Assembly (NCBI RefSeq): GCF_963921235.1
Contig: NC_086097.1
Coordinates: forward strand, 162,814,001-162,878,000
Reading direction: 5' to 3'
DNA: 64,000 nt
DNA from: Mobula hypostoma
Lineage: Eukaryota
In this document: positions 63,676 through 64,000 of the stretch, in pieces
Position numbering within the stretch: position 1 is the stretch's first letter
Layout of the letters: each line of letters starts with the position of its first letter
Position numbers and translations under genes: made by a program
The notes under the pieces: model-generated
What the model was told of the DNA's origin: nothing
The model's input: the letters and a program-made list of their open reading frames with translations, nothing else
The model's database searches: none

Positions 63676-64000
63676 ATAGAAACCATAGAAACTACAGCAC
63701 AGAAACAGGCCTTTTGGCCCTTCTTGGCTGTGCCGAACCATTTTCTGCCTAGTCCCACTGACCTGCACACGAACCATATCCCTCCATACACCTCCCATCC
63801 ATGTATCTGTCCAATGTATTCTTAAATGTTAAAAAAGAACCCGCATTTACCACCTCGTCTGGCAGCTCATCTCATACTCCCACCACTCTCTGTGTGAAGA
63901 AGCCCCCCCTAATGTTCCCTTTAAACTCTTCCCCCCTCACCCTAAACCCATGTCCTCTGGTTTTTTACTCCCCTTGCCTCAGTGGAAAAAGCCTGCTTGC
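63676..64000 (-). mobile_element. CR1 3' end (continues past window)
   Basis: ATAGAAACCATAGAAACTACAGCACAGAAACAGGCC tail followed by CR1 3' sequence. Confidence 0.85.

Noticed and set aside
62760..64000. Further upstream LAMA1 exon
   Set aside because: No splice-bounded frame with laminin similarity found. Likewise no further LG4 exon seen in 1-1970.

Overview
Vertebrate genomic DNA, most likely a cartilaginous fish (inferred from V-SINE/HE1-like SINEs and the CR1, Rex1/Babar and Penelope repeat load). The whole window lies inside a laminin alpha-1 gene (LAMA1) on the minus strand. I traced 19 consecutive, phase-compatible coding exons (62758 down to 1973). They encode the end of the coiled coil, the S|IKVAV motif, LG1-LG3, the LG3-LG4 linker and the start of LG4; the gene runs off both ends of the window. 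Introns are packed with mostly decayed, often nested transposons: CR1, Rex1/Babar, L1, RTE, hAT, Tigger, mariner-like and Harbinger-like MITEs, and a probable solo LTR. Main observations: (1) short Penelope-type inserts carrying a minimal type I hammerhead ribozyme, with one intact core at 43398-43437; (2) an uninterrupted 308-codon Gag-like ORF with two CCHC knuckles and no visible pol or LTRs; (3) an alpha-2-like furin motif (RNRR|QT) in LG3 of this alpha-1 chain; (4) a GC-AG intron; (5) chimeric DNA transposons of different superfamilies sharing one internal module. Comparisons to human LAMA1/LAMA2 and all repeat family names are from memory, not from database searches.
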